Shown in pieces: positions 1 to 10,510 of a DNA stretch of 64,000 bases. The translations under genes and the position numbers were made by a program. Numbering within the stretch: position 1 is the stretch's first letter; every line of letters begins with the position of its first letter. Origin of the DNA: Patescibacteria group bacterium (lineage in GTDB: Bacteria; Patescibacteriota; WWE3; UBA101185; 2-01-FULL-41-18); contig JBBTST010000008.1 in the NCBI GenBank assembly GCA_038064575.1, forward strand, positions 2,458 through 66,457, given 5' to 3'. The notes under the pieces were generated by a model. It was given only the letters and a program-made list of their open reading frames with translations. It was not told the origin of the DNA and searched no databases.

Positions 1-2
1 TT

Positions 3-320
3 AACGGCTCAATAAAACTTTCAAGCTCAGGGACTGTACTGGCGGATAAAATTGAGACAAAAAACATAGTAACAGAAAAAGTTGCCATAAAAGGCTCCAG
101 TACTCTTGGAACAGCCCTAATCAAGGCAGGGGATACATTTGTTGAAATTGAAACTTCCGCAATTACCCCAAATTCAAAAATCTTTGTCACTCCAACCACT
201 GAAACGGACAAAACACTCTTTATTAAATCAAGAGAAGAAGGTATAAAGTTTGGAGTGGGAATTAAATCTTCCTCAAATGAGGACCTAAAATTTGATTGGT
301 GGATAATAGCAAATGACTGA
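3..320 (+). CDS. 3' end of a truncated protein with CPR-type C-terminal beta domain (GTALIKAG...KFDWWII)
   Basis: Frame is open from nt 3 to TGA at 318-320. Translation NGSIKLSSSG...GTALIKAGDTFVEI...SKIFVTP...FDWWIIAND resembles the C-terminus of 11122..11793. Confidence 0.75.
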   Translation, partial: NGSIKLSSSGTVLADKIETKNIVTEKVAIKGSSTLGTALIKAGDTFVEIETSAITPNSKIFVTPTTETDKTLFIKSREEGIKFGVGIKSSSNEDLKFDWWIIAND

Positions 321-1332
321 AAAAGAAGCAAAACTAACTAAGCCTTATTTAATTTTAAGTTTCCTTGCTCTTTTACTTGGAACCCTAAGCTTTCTTACGG
401 GGCATTATATAGGAACAAAAAAAGTAACTTGCCAGGAGAAAAGCAACCCTGGAAAAACAGTCAGAGAGAAAGAAAATGGCTTTATCTATATCAACCCCTT
501 ATTGGAATGTGAACTGTCTGAAGAACAAAATCAAAAAGAGTTAAAATCTTTCAGAGCCGAATTAAACGATCTTGTAAATAAAACACTAACCCAGCAGAAA
601 GCCAAACACATCTCCATATATTATAGAGACCTTAAAAATGGTCCTTGGATAGGTATAAATGAAAAAGAAGAATTTAATCCCGCAAGTCTCTCCAAAGTAC
701 CGGTAATGCTCTCATATCTGCTTCTTGGCCAGGAAGATAAGGCTATCTTAAGTAAAAAAATTCTCTTTGAAGAAGAAACTAAAGAAACATCTGTTCAATT
801 TTTCAAAACAGATGGTACGCTTGAAGCTGGAAAAGACTATTCGGTTGACCAGCTGCTTGTAAAAATGATTGCCGATTCAGACAATAACGCCACTAATTTG
901 CTTGTAAATAACCTAACAGTAGAACAAATATTAAGGCCGTACAAAAACCTTGGCATACCTCCCCCTGATCTGCAAAGCGATTACAAAATTAGAATTAAAG
1001 ATTATGCCACCTTTTTCAGAGTCTTATACAATGCTTCTTACCTAAACAAAGAATTCTCAGAAAAAGCTCTTGGGCTTTTGGCTCAGAGCAATTTTGATTT
1101 TGGCCTTGAGGGGGGCGTCAAAGAAGGCCTAAAAGTTTCCCACAAGTTTGGGGAAAGAATTCTAAAAAACCCTGACACAAACCAACTTCACGACTGCGGA
1201 ATAGTTTACCACCCAACACATCCTTACTTAATTTGCGTAATGACTAGAGGCAATGACTTTTCTGCGTTAGCAGAAATAATAAAAGATATTTCAAAATTTG
1301 TTTTTGAAAATATTGATACTCAATCCAATTAA
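313..1332 (+). CDS. Membrane-anchored class A beta-lactamase-like serine hydrolase (PBP-A-like)
   Basis: N-terminal TM; SxxK (PASLSK), SDN and HKFG motifs; LHDCGIV; no clear ExxLN omega loop. Confidence 0.85.
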   Translation: MTEKEAKLTKPYLILSFLALLLGTLSFLTGHYIGTKKVTCQEKSNPGKTVREKENGFIYINPLLECELSEEQNQKELKSFRAELNDLVNKTLTQQKAKHISIYYRDLKNGPWIGINEKEEFNPASLSKVPVMLSYLLLGQEDKAILSKKILFEEETKETSVQFFKTDGTLEAGKDYSVDQLLVKMIADSDNNATNLLVNNLTVEQILRPYKNLGIPPPDLQSDYKIRIKDYATFFRVLYNASYLNKEFSEKALGLLAQSNFDFGLEGGVKEGLKVSHKFGERILKNPDTNQLHDCGIVYHPTHPYLICVMTRGNDFSALAEIIKDISKFVFENIDTQSN

Positions 1333-1344
1333 TACATTAAATTT

Positions 1345-2970
1345 ATGGGAAAAAGAAGCCAACATAAAAAACCAATGGGTTTAAACCCTACAGACCCGGA
1401 ATCAAACAGTAAAAGCCTAAGAGTCCTGATAACAAACAACAAAGCTACTATTGTCTTTCTAGTTCTTTTCACCACTTTAATCTATCTAAATTCTTTAAAT
1501 GGACAGTTTGTATCAGATGACATCCCAAGCTTCAGAGATTATGACCTTGTCAGAAGCATTCCCAAAGCTTTTAGCTTCCTTATGGTTCAAAAAGCCCTGC
1601 ACGCTGTTTCCTACAGCTTGTTTGGTCTAAATCCTATCCCTCTTCACATACTTTCCCTCATCTCACACATTTTAGCGGTGCTTTTGCTATTTATTCTCAC
1701 CAGTCTTTTATTTAACAAAAAAACAGCCTCTTTTGCCTCTTTTCTTTTTGCCAGCCACCCTGTAAATACTGAGGCGGTTGCGTGGATCTCAGGGTTTAAT
1801 TACATTGCAAATACTATTGCCTTTTTATTAACGGCTATATTTTTTACAAAATTCAGACAGACCAATATGAATAAATACTATATTGCCTCCCTTACAATTT
1901 ACATTTTAACAGCCGCCTTTATAAGACTTCCATGGTTGATAACCACGCCTTTTCTCCTTCTGATTCTGGACTTCTCCCTTAGTCATTTGAAAAAACAACA
2001 AATCAGCAAAACCTTTCTATATCAAACTTTGTTCTTTATGACAGCCTTACTCTTTACAATCTTCATGAAAAGCTCAATTTCAGACAGAATTTATTATATG
2101 CAGGCAAGCCCTCAAACAGGTTTTGCTTACAAACCCCCTTATTTTATTAATATCCCTTTTATAATCTTTACTCAACTTAAAACTCTCCTTTTTCCTTTAC
2201 AGCTCACACTCTATTACCCAAATGTAACCCTGACCAAATTCTCTTTTCTTGCCATGATATTAACAACTGTTGCTTACCCTATTTCCGCCCTCTTTATATA
2301 TATAAAAAACAAACTCCTTGGAGGAGTTTTCCTTATGATTATTGCATCTCAGATCATAACTTATAGTCCTATATCTCTAGCCTCATCTTTAGCAGATAGA
2401 TATTTATATCTGGCAACTGTGCCTTTTTCTATTTTCATAGCTTTTCTAATCAATAAAATTGGCTACAAAAACAAAGCTGCTGCTTATTCGATTTGTACAA
2501 TTGTCATAGTTTTGTACTCACTAAGAACCGTTTTAAGAAACTCCGATTGGCATTCTTCTGAGACACTTGCCGTATCTCATGCTCAAATTAACAAGCAGGA
2601 TTACAAAGTGCTAAGTGATTTGGCTCAGGTCTATGCTGAAAAAAAAGCTTACTCACAGGCCATTTATTATTATGAGAAGGCAAGAGCCATAAACGCGGAT
2701 ATTGCAGAAGGAAGATATAATTTGGGCGTTGTGTATTATATGCTTGGGAGAGTAACTGAAGCTGAAAGTGAGTTTAGAGCGGCCGTAAAGCTAAACCCAA
2801 ACCTAAGCGAAGCATCTTACAATCTGGCTGTAATTGAAAATGACAAAGGTAATACCAAAGAAGCTATTGAACTTTTGATTTTGTCCTTAAAAGCAAATCC
2901 TAATTCTCCAAAAGCAAAGGAGGCACTGGAGGTGATCAGTTCAAAGGAAAAGCTAAAAGAGGGGAATTAA
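1345..2970 (+). CDS. TMTC-like GT-C membrane glycosyltransferase with C-terminal TPRs
   Basis: FVSDD, HPVNTEAVAWISG and ADRYLY motifs; multiple TMs; TPR repeats. Confidence 0.85.
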   Translation: MGKRSQHKKPMGLNPTDPESNSKSLRVLITNNKATIVFLVLFTTLIYLNSLNGQFVSDDIPSFRDYDLVRSIPKAFSFLMVQKALHAVSYSLFGLNPIPLHILSLISHILAVLLLFILTSLLFNKKTASFASFLFASHPVNTEAVAWISGFNYIANTIAFLLTAIFFTKFRQTNMNKYYIASLTIYILTAAFIRLPWLITTPFLLLILDFSLSHLKKQQISKTFLYQTLFFMTALLFTIFMKSSISDRIYYMQASPQTGFAYKPPYFINIPFIIFTQLKTLLFPLQLTLYYPNVTLTKFSFLAMILTTVAYPISALFIYIKNKLLGGVFLMIIASQIITYSPISLASSLADRYLYLATVPFSIFIAFLINKIGYKNKAAAYSICTIVIVLYSLRTVLRNSDWHSSETLAVSHAQINKQDYKVLSDLAQVYAEKKAYSQAIYYYEKARAINADIAEGRYNLGVVYYMLGRVTEAESEFRAAVKLNPNLSEASYNLAVIENDKGNTKEAIELLILSLKANPNSPKAKEALEVISSKEKLKEGN

Positions 2971-4727
2971 TGAAACTTACAAAAGCTAACAAAAAGTTTA
3001 TCAGGGAGAACAAAGGCTTCATGAGCCCTGATCAATTTTCACTCAAACTTGGAGTGCCCAAAGAGGCTGTTGTACACTATCTTGGCAAAAGCCCGGACCA
3101 AATCGGAACTTTAAGTAAAATTGAAGAAATCACCTCGGATTTCAGGCCAACTTCTCTACTTGCCATTCTAACTTTTATCAAAGGAAGAAGAGCCCATGTA
3201 CTTCTACTGCTTATACTGTGTTTTTTTGTCTATTTTAATTCACTAAATGGAGAGATGGTCTCAGATGATATAACAGGCTTTAAAGAAAACCCTGAGATAA
3301 GAAGCATCCCGCATGTTTTGGCAAACTTAGGTTTTTGGGGAATTCAGCAGCTCATTCAGTCAATAGCTTACAACCTCTTTGGCACAAATCAAATCCCTCT
3401 ACACGCAATTTCTTTGCTCGCGCACATGACGGCAACCGTCCTGGTTTTTATCTTTGTTTCTATTCTGCTAAACAGTAAACTAGGCTTTGTTTCTTCACTT
3501 TTGTTTGCGGTTTTCCCTGTAAATTCAGAGGCGGTAGCTTGGATTTCAGGCTTAAACTATATTTTAACTGCACTGGGCTTAATAATAACGTCTATCCTAT
3601 TTCTGATTTACAAAAATAACAACAAACCGGCGTATTTATGGCTGACCGGAATAAGTTTCTTTTTAACTTATGCTGTTGTAAAGAACCCTTTTTCTTTGAC
3701 TATTCCACCAATAATATTAATCCTTGCTGTTTTTTTTAGAAAACAGACCAACCTTAAAAAGCTAATACTTGAAATGCTTCCCATAGCAGTAGTTTCTACC
3801 CTTATTCTGATTTTGATGTTGGGCAGAATCCAGGGCAGGCTTACCTTTATGGAGGAGCTTGACAAGGAAACTCCATCAAAAGGCCCTTCCTATCTTATGG
3901 GCCTGCCCTACATTACTTCAACCTACATAGAACTTTACCTTATGCCTCTTAATCTGAGCCTGCTTCATGAAGAAACATTCATAAGTCTTAGCGGGTATAT
4001 ATATATGATTGTGATTTCCATAGTATTTCTTATAACCTTTATAATCCTGATTATTAAGAAGAAAAGAATAGAGGCGGGTCTTTTATTAATCATTCTATCT
4101 TCACTTTTGCCCTCATTTAGCCCCGTAAGAGTTGCGTGGTTTGTGGCTGAAAGGTATATGTATGTAGGTTCCATGGCTTTAATGACTCTTTATGCTTACT
4201 TACTTTCAAAGCTTGATACTAAAACTAAAAATAAGGACATTGGCAATTTTATTATTGTACTGCTCGTGTGCCTGTTTTCAATTAGAACCGCAATAAGAAA
4301 CTATGACTGGAGCACTCAAAAAAGGCTGTGGGTTGCAACAGAAAGAACCAACCCCAACAGCCCTAAAGTACACATCAATTTAGGAGATATTTACATGAGA
4401 GGTGGAGACTTAGACAAGGCTTTAACTGAATTCAACAAAGCATTGGTTCTGCGCCCTAATTACTCGGATGCGGCCCATAATATTGGCACTGTTTATCTTG
4501 CAAAAAAGGACTATGATAACGCCCAAAAATACTTTGCTCTGTCTTTAAAGTTTGATCCTAATATGTACCTATCCCACTACAAAAACGGAGTGATAGAGTA
4601 CAGAAAGGGCAATTTGGATAATGCCAGAAAAGAAATGTATCAGGTGTTAGAAAAAGATCCTAGCTTTGAACCTGCCAAAAACATCCTTATAAGTATAGAG
4701 AAGGAGCAAAAAAACCAAAGTCCATAA
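2970..4727 (+). CDS. TMTC-like GT-C membrane glycosyltransferase with TPRs (tandem paralogue)
   Basis: MVSDD, PVNSEAVAWISG and AERYMY motifs; TPRs; start overlaps the upstream stop (TAATG). Confidence 0.85.
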   Translation: MKLTKANKKFIRENKGFMSPDQFSLKLGVPKEAVVHYLGKSPDQIGTLSKIEEITSDFRPTSLLAILTFIKGRRAHVLLLLILCFFVYFNSLNGEMVSDDITGFKENPEIRSIPHVLANLGFWGIQQLIQSIAYNLFGTNQIPLHAISLLAHMTATVLVFIFVSILLNSKLGFVSSLLFAVFPVNSEAVAWISGLNYILTALGLIITSILFLIYKNNNKPAYLWLTGISFFLTYAVVKNPFSLTIPPIILILAVFFRKQTNLKKLILEMLPIAVVSTLILILMLGRIQGRLTFMEELDKETPSKGPSYLMGLPYITSTYIELYLMPLNLSLLHEETFISLSGYIYMIVISIVFLITFIILIIKKKRIEAGLLLIILSSLLPSFSPVRVAWFVAERYMYVGSMALMTLYAYLLSKLDTKTKNKDIGNFIIVLLVCLFSIRTAIRNYDWSTQKRLWVATERTNPNSPKVHINLGDIYMRGGDLDKALTEFNKALVLRPNYSDAAHNIGTVYLAKKDYDNAQKYFALSLKFDPNMYLSHYKNGVIEYRKGNLDNARKEMYQVLEKDPSFEPAKNILISIEKEQKNQSP

Positions 4728-4769
4728 AATCTTGTTAAGAAACTTAAAAATGCTAGCATTAAGTAACCT

Positions 4770-5729
4770 ATGCCAATTCCGTTTTTTGATAAAAAAGTAG
4801 ATGACACCAAAATAGTAAACGCACTGGCAAACTCTCCCTCATCTGGTTTTATAATCATAGATGCCAAGGGCTTATGTACATTTGCCAATCAGGGTTTTCA
4901 AAAAATGCTCTCATTATCTCTGAAAGAAATACTTGGGGAAGGTTGGATTGCTCACGCTCACTATGAAGACAAAAAAAGAATTACAGACAGGCTCAAGGAA
5001 CTCCTTACAACAAGGCAGTTGGATGAAATAGAGTATAAAAACTTAAAGAAGGATGAAACCGTTTCCTCAGTAAAAATTAAACTCTTTCCTGTTACAACTG
5101 ATAAGGGCTTTGAGGGCTTTTTAGGACTGGCAGAGGACATCACAACAGAAAAGCAGCTTCAGGAAGCAATCATAGAAAATGAGAAAAGGTTTAGAGCGCT
5201 TGTTGAAAACAGCTCTATTGCAGTAGCTTTGTATACGGGAGCGGGACTTACAACCTACATCAGCCCTGCCACACCAAAAGTTCTTGGCTACACTTATGAG
5301 GAATTGGTTGGTAAGGACTTTTTGTTTCTGATAGATGAAGAGGATAAAGAAAAGGCGTCGCAAACATTTGAAAGAAGTCTTCAGGAGCGGGGCCTAAACT
5401 TAAACTTCAATATCAAAATGAGACACAAAAACGGTGACATGCGTTGGATGGAATGTATTATCACCAACTTTTTAGATGAACAGAGTATACACTCTGTTGT
5501 AAACAGCTTCAGAGATGTAACAGAGAGACTGGAAGCTGAAGAAAAACTTAAAACCAGAACATCAGAACTTGAATTTTTGAACAAGGCTATGATAGGAAGA
5601 GAGCTCAAAATGATAGAACTCAAAGAAGAAAACCAAAAAATAAAAACCATTTTAGAAAAGCACAATCTTTCACAAGAGTTGGAAGAGCTCAATAATACCA
5701 ACGGCTCTGAAAGTAACGTAAACCCATAA
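4770..5729 (+). CDS. Tandem PAS/PAC domain protein with C-terminal coiled coil
   Basis: Two PAS-PAC units (EDITTEK, RDVTER) and a MIGRELKMIELK coil. Confidence 0.85.
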   Translation: MPIPFFDKKVDDTKIVNALANSPSSGFIIIDAKGLCTFANQGFQKMLSLSLKEILGEGWIAHAHYEDKKRITDRLKELLTTRQLDEIEYKNLKKDETVSSVKIKLFPVTTDKGFEGFLGLAEDITTEKQLQEAIIENEKRFRALVENSSIAVALYTGAGLTTYISPATPKVLGYTYEELVGKDFLFLIDEEDKEKASQTFERSLQERGLNLNFNIKMRHKNGDMRWMECIITNFLDEQSIHSVVNSFRDVTERLEAEEKLKTRTSELEFLNKAMIGRELKMIELKEENQKIKTILEKHNLSQELEELNNTNGSESNVNP

Positions 5730-5734
5730 TAATT

Positions 5735-7063
5735 ATGACTTTTGCATTGTTTAAAAATACCAAAAAAGAGGCAAAGCTTAGAGAAGAAGAGGAGCTTAGA
5801 AAACATTACGAAGAGGAAAAAAAGACTCAGGAGCTTCTTGAACATAAAGTAAAAGAGGTTCAGGAGCAGAATAAATTCCTGGAAGACACAAAAAAAGCCA
5901 TGCTAAATCTTCTGGATGATGAAAAAAAACTGGAGGAAGCTTTGGAAAAAGAAAAGAAGAGCGTTGAAGTAAAGGTAGAACAAAGAACAAAAGAGCTTAA
6001 ATATGAACAGGCACGGTTTTTGGCTGCAATTAATTCAGTCCCAACAGGTTTTGTGGTAACTAACTTAGAAGGCAAGATTATCACTACCAATAGTGCTCTT
6101 GCTAAACTTCTTGATTCTGAAGATAGCGCATGGACACTAGAAAAACTCTACAGCTTGTTTGAGGGCGTGATAAATATAAAAGAGGCTTACACTCGCTGCT
6201 TGAACGCTAAAGAACCAATTACTCTCCCCGACCTACAGTTTAAGAACAAATACTTAAAGGTCTTCATGGCTCCGGTATATATCACACAGGAAACAAGTGA
6301 GATTATTGGCACCGTAATACTAATAGAGGACGTAACTGAGGCAAAGATTTTGGAAAGGGCAAAAGACGAATTCTTTTCTATAGCATCTCATGAGCTTAGA
6401 ACCCCTTTGACAGCCCTAAGAGGAAACTCCTCTCTCATAAAAGAGTACTATGCCAATCAAATAGCAAACCCTGAGTTTAAAGACATGATAAATGATATTC
6501 ATGATGCAACCGTGAGGCTCATAGAAATAGTAAACGACTTTTTGACAACCTCAAGGCTGGAGCAGGGAAGAGTGGAGTTTAAAAAAGAGGACGTAGATCT
6601 TAAAGCACTGGTACATAAAATTTTAGAGAATTTTGAGGCAGAACTTAAGGAAAAAAATATAAACACAAAAGTTGATATCCTTCCAAAAAACCCAATAGGA
6701 GTGGCTGATTCAAAAAGGATTGAAGAAATAATAATAAACTTACTGGGAAACAGTATTAAATTTACAGAATTTGGTACTATTACAGTGTCGGTTTTAAGAG
6801 AGGAAGATTCATTGCGCCTAAGGGTATCAGACACAGGCAGCGGAATTCCAATCCAGAACCAGGCGCTGCTTTTTAGAAAGTTTCAGCAGGCAGGCGGGAG
6901 CATATATACAAGAGATTCCACAAGAGGTACAGGTTTGGGTCTGTACATTTCAAAGCTTATGATAGAAGCTATGGGAGGAAAGATTTTTCTTGAGTATTCG
7001 GAGGAAGGCAAAGGAACAACCTTTTCATTTACAATACCTGCCTCCAAAAACTATAATGATTGA
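5735..7063 (+). CDS. PAS sensor histidine kinase
   Basis: H-box ASHELRTPL, N-box NLLGNSIKFT, G1 DTGSGI, G2 GTGLGL. Confidence 0.95.
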   Translation: MTFALFKNTKKEAKLREEEELRKHYEEEKKTQELLEHKVKEVQEQNKFLEDTKKAMLNLLDDEKKLEEALEKEKKSVEVKVEQRTKELKYEQARFLAAINSVPTGFVVTNLEGKIITTNSALAKLLDSEDSAWTLEKLYSLFEGVINIKEAYTRCLNAKEPITLPDLQFKNKYLKVFMAPVYITQETSEIIGTVILIEDVTEAKILERAKDEFFSIASHELRTPLTALRGNSSLIKEYYANQIANPEFKDMINDIHDATVRLIEIVNDFLTTSRLEQGRVEFKKEDVDLKALVHKILENFEAELKEKNINTKVDILPKNPIGVADSKRIEEIIINLLGNSIKFTEFGTITVSVLREEDSLRLRVSDTGSGIPIQNQALLFRKFQQAGGSIYTRDSTRGTGLGLYISKLMIEAMGGKIFLEYSEEGKGTTFSFTIPASKNYND

Positions 7064-7076
7064 GAAGCGGTTTATT

Positions 7077-7463
7077 ATGCCAAAGATTCTGATCGTTGAT
7101 GACGATTTGTTAATGATAAAAATGTACACTAGAATATTCACCCATGAGGGTTTTACAGCTCTTACCGCCCAAAACGGCCCTGACGGCTTAAATAAAGCCA
7201 GGACAGAATCTCCCGACTTAATATTATTAGATGTCATGATGCCAAAAATGAATGGTCTGGAGGTTCTTTCAGAGCTCAAAAAGTCCAACGACACTAAAGC
7301 TATTCCCGTAATTATGCTCACTAACCTTGCAGGCCAGCAGGACGCAGAAAACGCCCTTGAAAGAGGAGCAATGAAATATGTCATAAAGAGCGAACATGAG
7401 CCAAAAGAAGTCTCCAAGATTGTCAGAGACGCCCTTGCGCACATTAAAACCCATAAGAGTTAA
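7077..7463 (+). CDS. Single-domain response regulator (CheY-like)
   Basis: MPKILIVDDD...PDLILLDVMMPKMNG...IPVIMLT...K. Start moved to the MPK ATG. Confidence 0.93.
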   Translation: MPKILIVDDDLLMIKMYTRIFTHEGFTALTAQNGPDGLNKARTESPDLILLDVMMPKMNGLEVLSELKKSNDTKAIPVIMLTNLAGQQDAENALERGAMKYVIKSEHEPKEVSKIVRDALAHIKTHKS

Positions 7464-7743
7464 TACCACTATCTCAAACAAAAAATTAAGGATTTTCAAC
7501 TATTTTTCTAAATCAAAATAAAAAAAATAAAAATTTTTAAAAAAGAACTGATTTGATAATTAAACACTTAAAATTGTGTGATCTCACCAAACCTAAAAAT
7601 TTTTACGCGACGTCGTTAATCAAAATTTATGATGTCGTTAATCTGAGTGCGGTAAACTGTAGTTATTATAATGTGTGTTGGAGGAGAAGTTTTAAGTTGT
7701 GTGATGTTCAAAACAATTAACGCATTTATACCGTAAAATAGTG

Positions 7744-10347
7744 CTAGGCTGATACTATGTTAAATACTCTCCCCTCTGAATAGAATGTGGCCTTTATTTC
7801 TACCCCCTTAATTAATTCCCTAACTTTTTCCGCAGCAAGTACCTTGCTTTCCACTTTGGCTTTGTCTTTGATTTCATCAGAAGGCACCATTACCCTGCCC
7901 CTTACTTTTCCATTGATCTGGATAACAATTTCAACCTCCTCATCATAAACTAAAGCCTCATCAAACTTGGGCCAGGATTCTTTGGTAACACTAAATTTAA
8001 GCCCCAACACCTCCCACAGCTCCTCCGCAATATGTGGCCCAAAAGGCGCAACTAAGACCAAAAAGCGTTTAACTAAATCAACCCCAACCACTTCCTTGTT
8101 CTTCTGCCAGAAATTCACAAACTCCATCATGGAAGCTATGGCAGTATTAAATTTAAGCTCATCCATATCAAAAGTTATTTTTTTAATAAGCCTGTGCATG
8201 AGGGCTGTAGCTTCTCTACTGGAGGTAACAGAGTTGTTTTGGGAAGCAAAATGAGTGAGCTCCCAGATCCGATTATAAAACCGCCTTACACCTTCTACAC
8301 CGCTTGTGCTCCAGGGCTTGGTAACATCAAGAGGTCCCATAAACATCTCAAAACTCCTCAGCGAATCAGCACCAAGACCGGAAACAACATCTTCAGGATT
8401 AATTACATTGCCCCATCTTTTGCTCATTTTCCTGTTATCTTCACCAAGAATTAGACCCAAAAATCTAAACTTTGTAAAAGGCTCGTCAAAATCTATAAAT
8501 CCGCAGTCATACAAAACTTTTGTAAAAAATCTGGCAAATATCAGGTGCGTAGTTACATGGTCCCCCCCCACATATAAGTCAACAGGACAAAACTTTTTCA
8601 AGCTCTCACTGCTTGCAAACTCCAAAGCATTATTGGGATCACAAAACCTTAAAAAATACCAGGAAGAATCAACAAAAGTATCAAGTGTGTCCACTTCCCT
8701 TCTAACAGCTTCCCTGGCACCACACTTTGGACAGGTAACATCCTTCTGAAAGTCTTTAGATCTGGCCAAAGGAGATTCTCCGGTTGGTTTAAAATCAACG
8801 TCTTTTGGAAGCTCAACAGGAAGGCTCTCCTCTGAAAGAGGCACAATTGCATACTTTACACCATCTATCGTGGTTATTTGGGTAGCTGTTTCACAATTGC
8901 AGCATTGGCAACTATGACTTGTTTCAGAACCGGACTCTTCATGCTTACAACCACAATCCCCGCCACAACACTCACCAGCCTCCTCAAAATGAGCACAATG
9001 CGGGCAATAAACAACAGGAATGGGCGCTCCCCAATAGCGCTGTCTTGATATCAACCAATCTCTCAAATTATAAAAAACCTCCCTATCACCAAATCCTTTT
9101 TCCTCAAGATATTCTTTGACTTTTTCTTTGGCATCAGTTTGGGCATCCAGGCCATTCAAAAAGTCCGAATTTATCATTTGACCCTCCTCAATTACCTGAT
9201 CCTCGGTTTCAACCGGGCCTTCATCTCCATTTGTGGATTTAATTACCCTCACAATTTCAATGTTGTATTTTTTTGCAAAATTAAAATCTCTTTTATCATG
9301 GGCGGGAACGCCAAAAACGGCACCTGTTCCATAAGTTGGCAACACATAATCAGCAACCCAGATAGGAATTTTTTTACCGTTTGCCGGATTTAGCGCAAAC
9401 GAGCCTGTGAACACGCCTGTTTTATCCTTTAACAAATCCCCTCTTTGGAAGTTTGTTTTCTTAGCAGATACCTTAATATAATTGTTAACACTGTTCTGTT
9501 CTCCCGTCACAACAATATTACCGATTAGCGTATGTTCTGGGGCAATTGCCAGAAAGGTTGTGCCAAAAATTGTTTCCGGGTATTTTGTGAATGTCTCAAC
9601 TTCAGACTGAGCAGGCTTATCACTATCTCCAATAAAGATTTTCCACTTGATTTTTGCTCCCTCTTGCCTGCCTATCCAATTTTTCTGTCCTTCTCTAGTA
9701 GAGGCAGGCCAATCAATATCTTCAAACCCTGACAAAAGCCGATCCGCATAATCCGTTATCTTTAAAAACCACTGATCAAGATTTTTCTGTATCACCTCTG
9801 CATCACATCTCTCACAAACGTTCTTATCATCCTTTTTCACAACTTGCTCGTTTGCCAGCACTGTTTGACAGCTTGGACACCAATTAACTGGTGCCTCTTT
9901 CTTATAAGCCAACCCATGCTTAAACAAAAGTAAGAAAAGCCACTGAGTCCACTTATAATAGTTTGGGTCACTCGTGTTGATTTCCCTTGACCAGTCGTAT
10001 GACAAACCAACCATGTTAAGTTGAGATTTATACCAATCTATAGCCTTTTGCGTTGTCTCTGAAGGATGAATTCCTTTTTTAATGGCAAAGTTTTCAGCAG
10101 GCAAACCAAAGGCGTCCCAGCCCATGGGATGCAAAACATTAAAGCCTTGGGCTCTTTTGTACCTGGAGTAAACATCCGTTGCCGTGTACCCTTCTAAATG
10201 CCCTACATGAAGACCTGCACCTGAAGGATAGGGAAACATATCAAGACAATAAAACTTCTGCTTATCCCCCTTTTCCTCAGTTTTATAAACGCCTTCCTCT
10301 TTCCACCTTTTTTGCCATTTTGGTTCTATTTCATCCGGTCTATACAT
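7744..10347 (-). CDS. leuS: Leucine--tRNA ligase
   Basis: MFPYPSGAGLHVGH (HIGH), KMSKR, WLISRQRYWG and CP1 editing motif GTGAVFGVPAHD. Confidence 0.98.
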   Translation of the reverse strand: MYRPDEIEPKWQKRWKEEGVYKTEEKGDKQKFYCLDMFPYPSGAGLHVGHLEGYTATDVYSRYKRAQGFNVLHPMGWDAFGLPAENFAIKKGIHPSETTQKAIDWYKSQLNMVGLSYDWSREINTSDPNYYKWTQWLFLLLFKHGLAYKKEAPVNWCPSCQTVLANEQVVKKDDKNVCERCDAEVIQKNLDQWFLKITDYADRLLSGFEDIDWPASTREGQKNWIGRQEGAKIKWKIFIGDSDKPAQSEVETFTKYPETIFGTTFLAIAPEHTLIGNIVVTGEQNSVNNYIKVSAKKTNFQRGDLLKDKTGVFTGSFALNPANGKKIPIWVADYVLPTYGTGAVFGVPAHDKRDFNFAKKYNIEIVRVIKSTNGDEGPVETEDQVIEEGQMINSDFLNGLDAQTDAKEKVKEYLEEKGFGDREVFYNLRDWLISRQRYWGAPIPVVYCPHCAHFEEAGECCGGDCGCKHEESGSETSHSCQCCNCETATQITTIDGVKYAIVPLSEESLPVELPKDVDFKPTGESPLARSKDFQKDVTCPKCGAREAVRREVDTLDTFVDSSWYFLRFCDPNNALEFASSESLKKFCPVDLYVGGDHVTTHLIFARFFTKVLYDCGFIDFDEPFTKFRFLGLILGEDNRKMSKRWGNVINPEDVVSGLGADSLRSFEMFMGPLDVTKPWSTSGVEGVRRFYNRIWELTHFASQNNSVTSSREATALMHRLIKKITFDMDELKFNTAIASMMEFVNFWQKNKEVVGVDLVKRFLVLVAPFGPHIAEELWEVLGLKFSVTKESWPKFDEALVYDEEVEIVIQINGKVRGRVMVPSDEIKDKAKVESKVLAAEKVRELIKGVEIKATFYSEGRVFNIVSA

Positions 10348-10456
10348 ATTTTACACACTTAGCGTTTAAAACCCCCGTGAACAGTGGGTCTGTACGCCTC
10401 AGCCAAAAGACACTCTTATACTTAGGTACCTAAAACAATATCAAACATCGCCCATT

Positions 10457-10481
10457 AAAAAAAGCTCCTTCTGGGAGCTTT
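10457..10481 (-). terminator. Attenuator terminator hairpin upstream of leuS
   Basis: Sense AAAGCTCC-CAGAA-GGAGCTTT followed by further Ts. Confidence 0.8.
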
Positions 10482-10510
10482 AGCTAAAACGCACCAACAA
10501 GCCCCCACCT

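Noticed and set aside
313-1332. Functional antibiotic-resistance beta-lactamase
   Set aside because: No evident Glu166 omega-loop motif; more likely a PBP-like hydrolase.
7738-7765. dif-like site (CTATGTTAAAT)
   Set aside because: Only the XerD-like arm matches, it lies within the leuS coding end, and there is no XerC arm.
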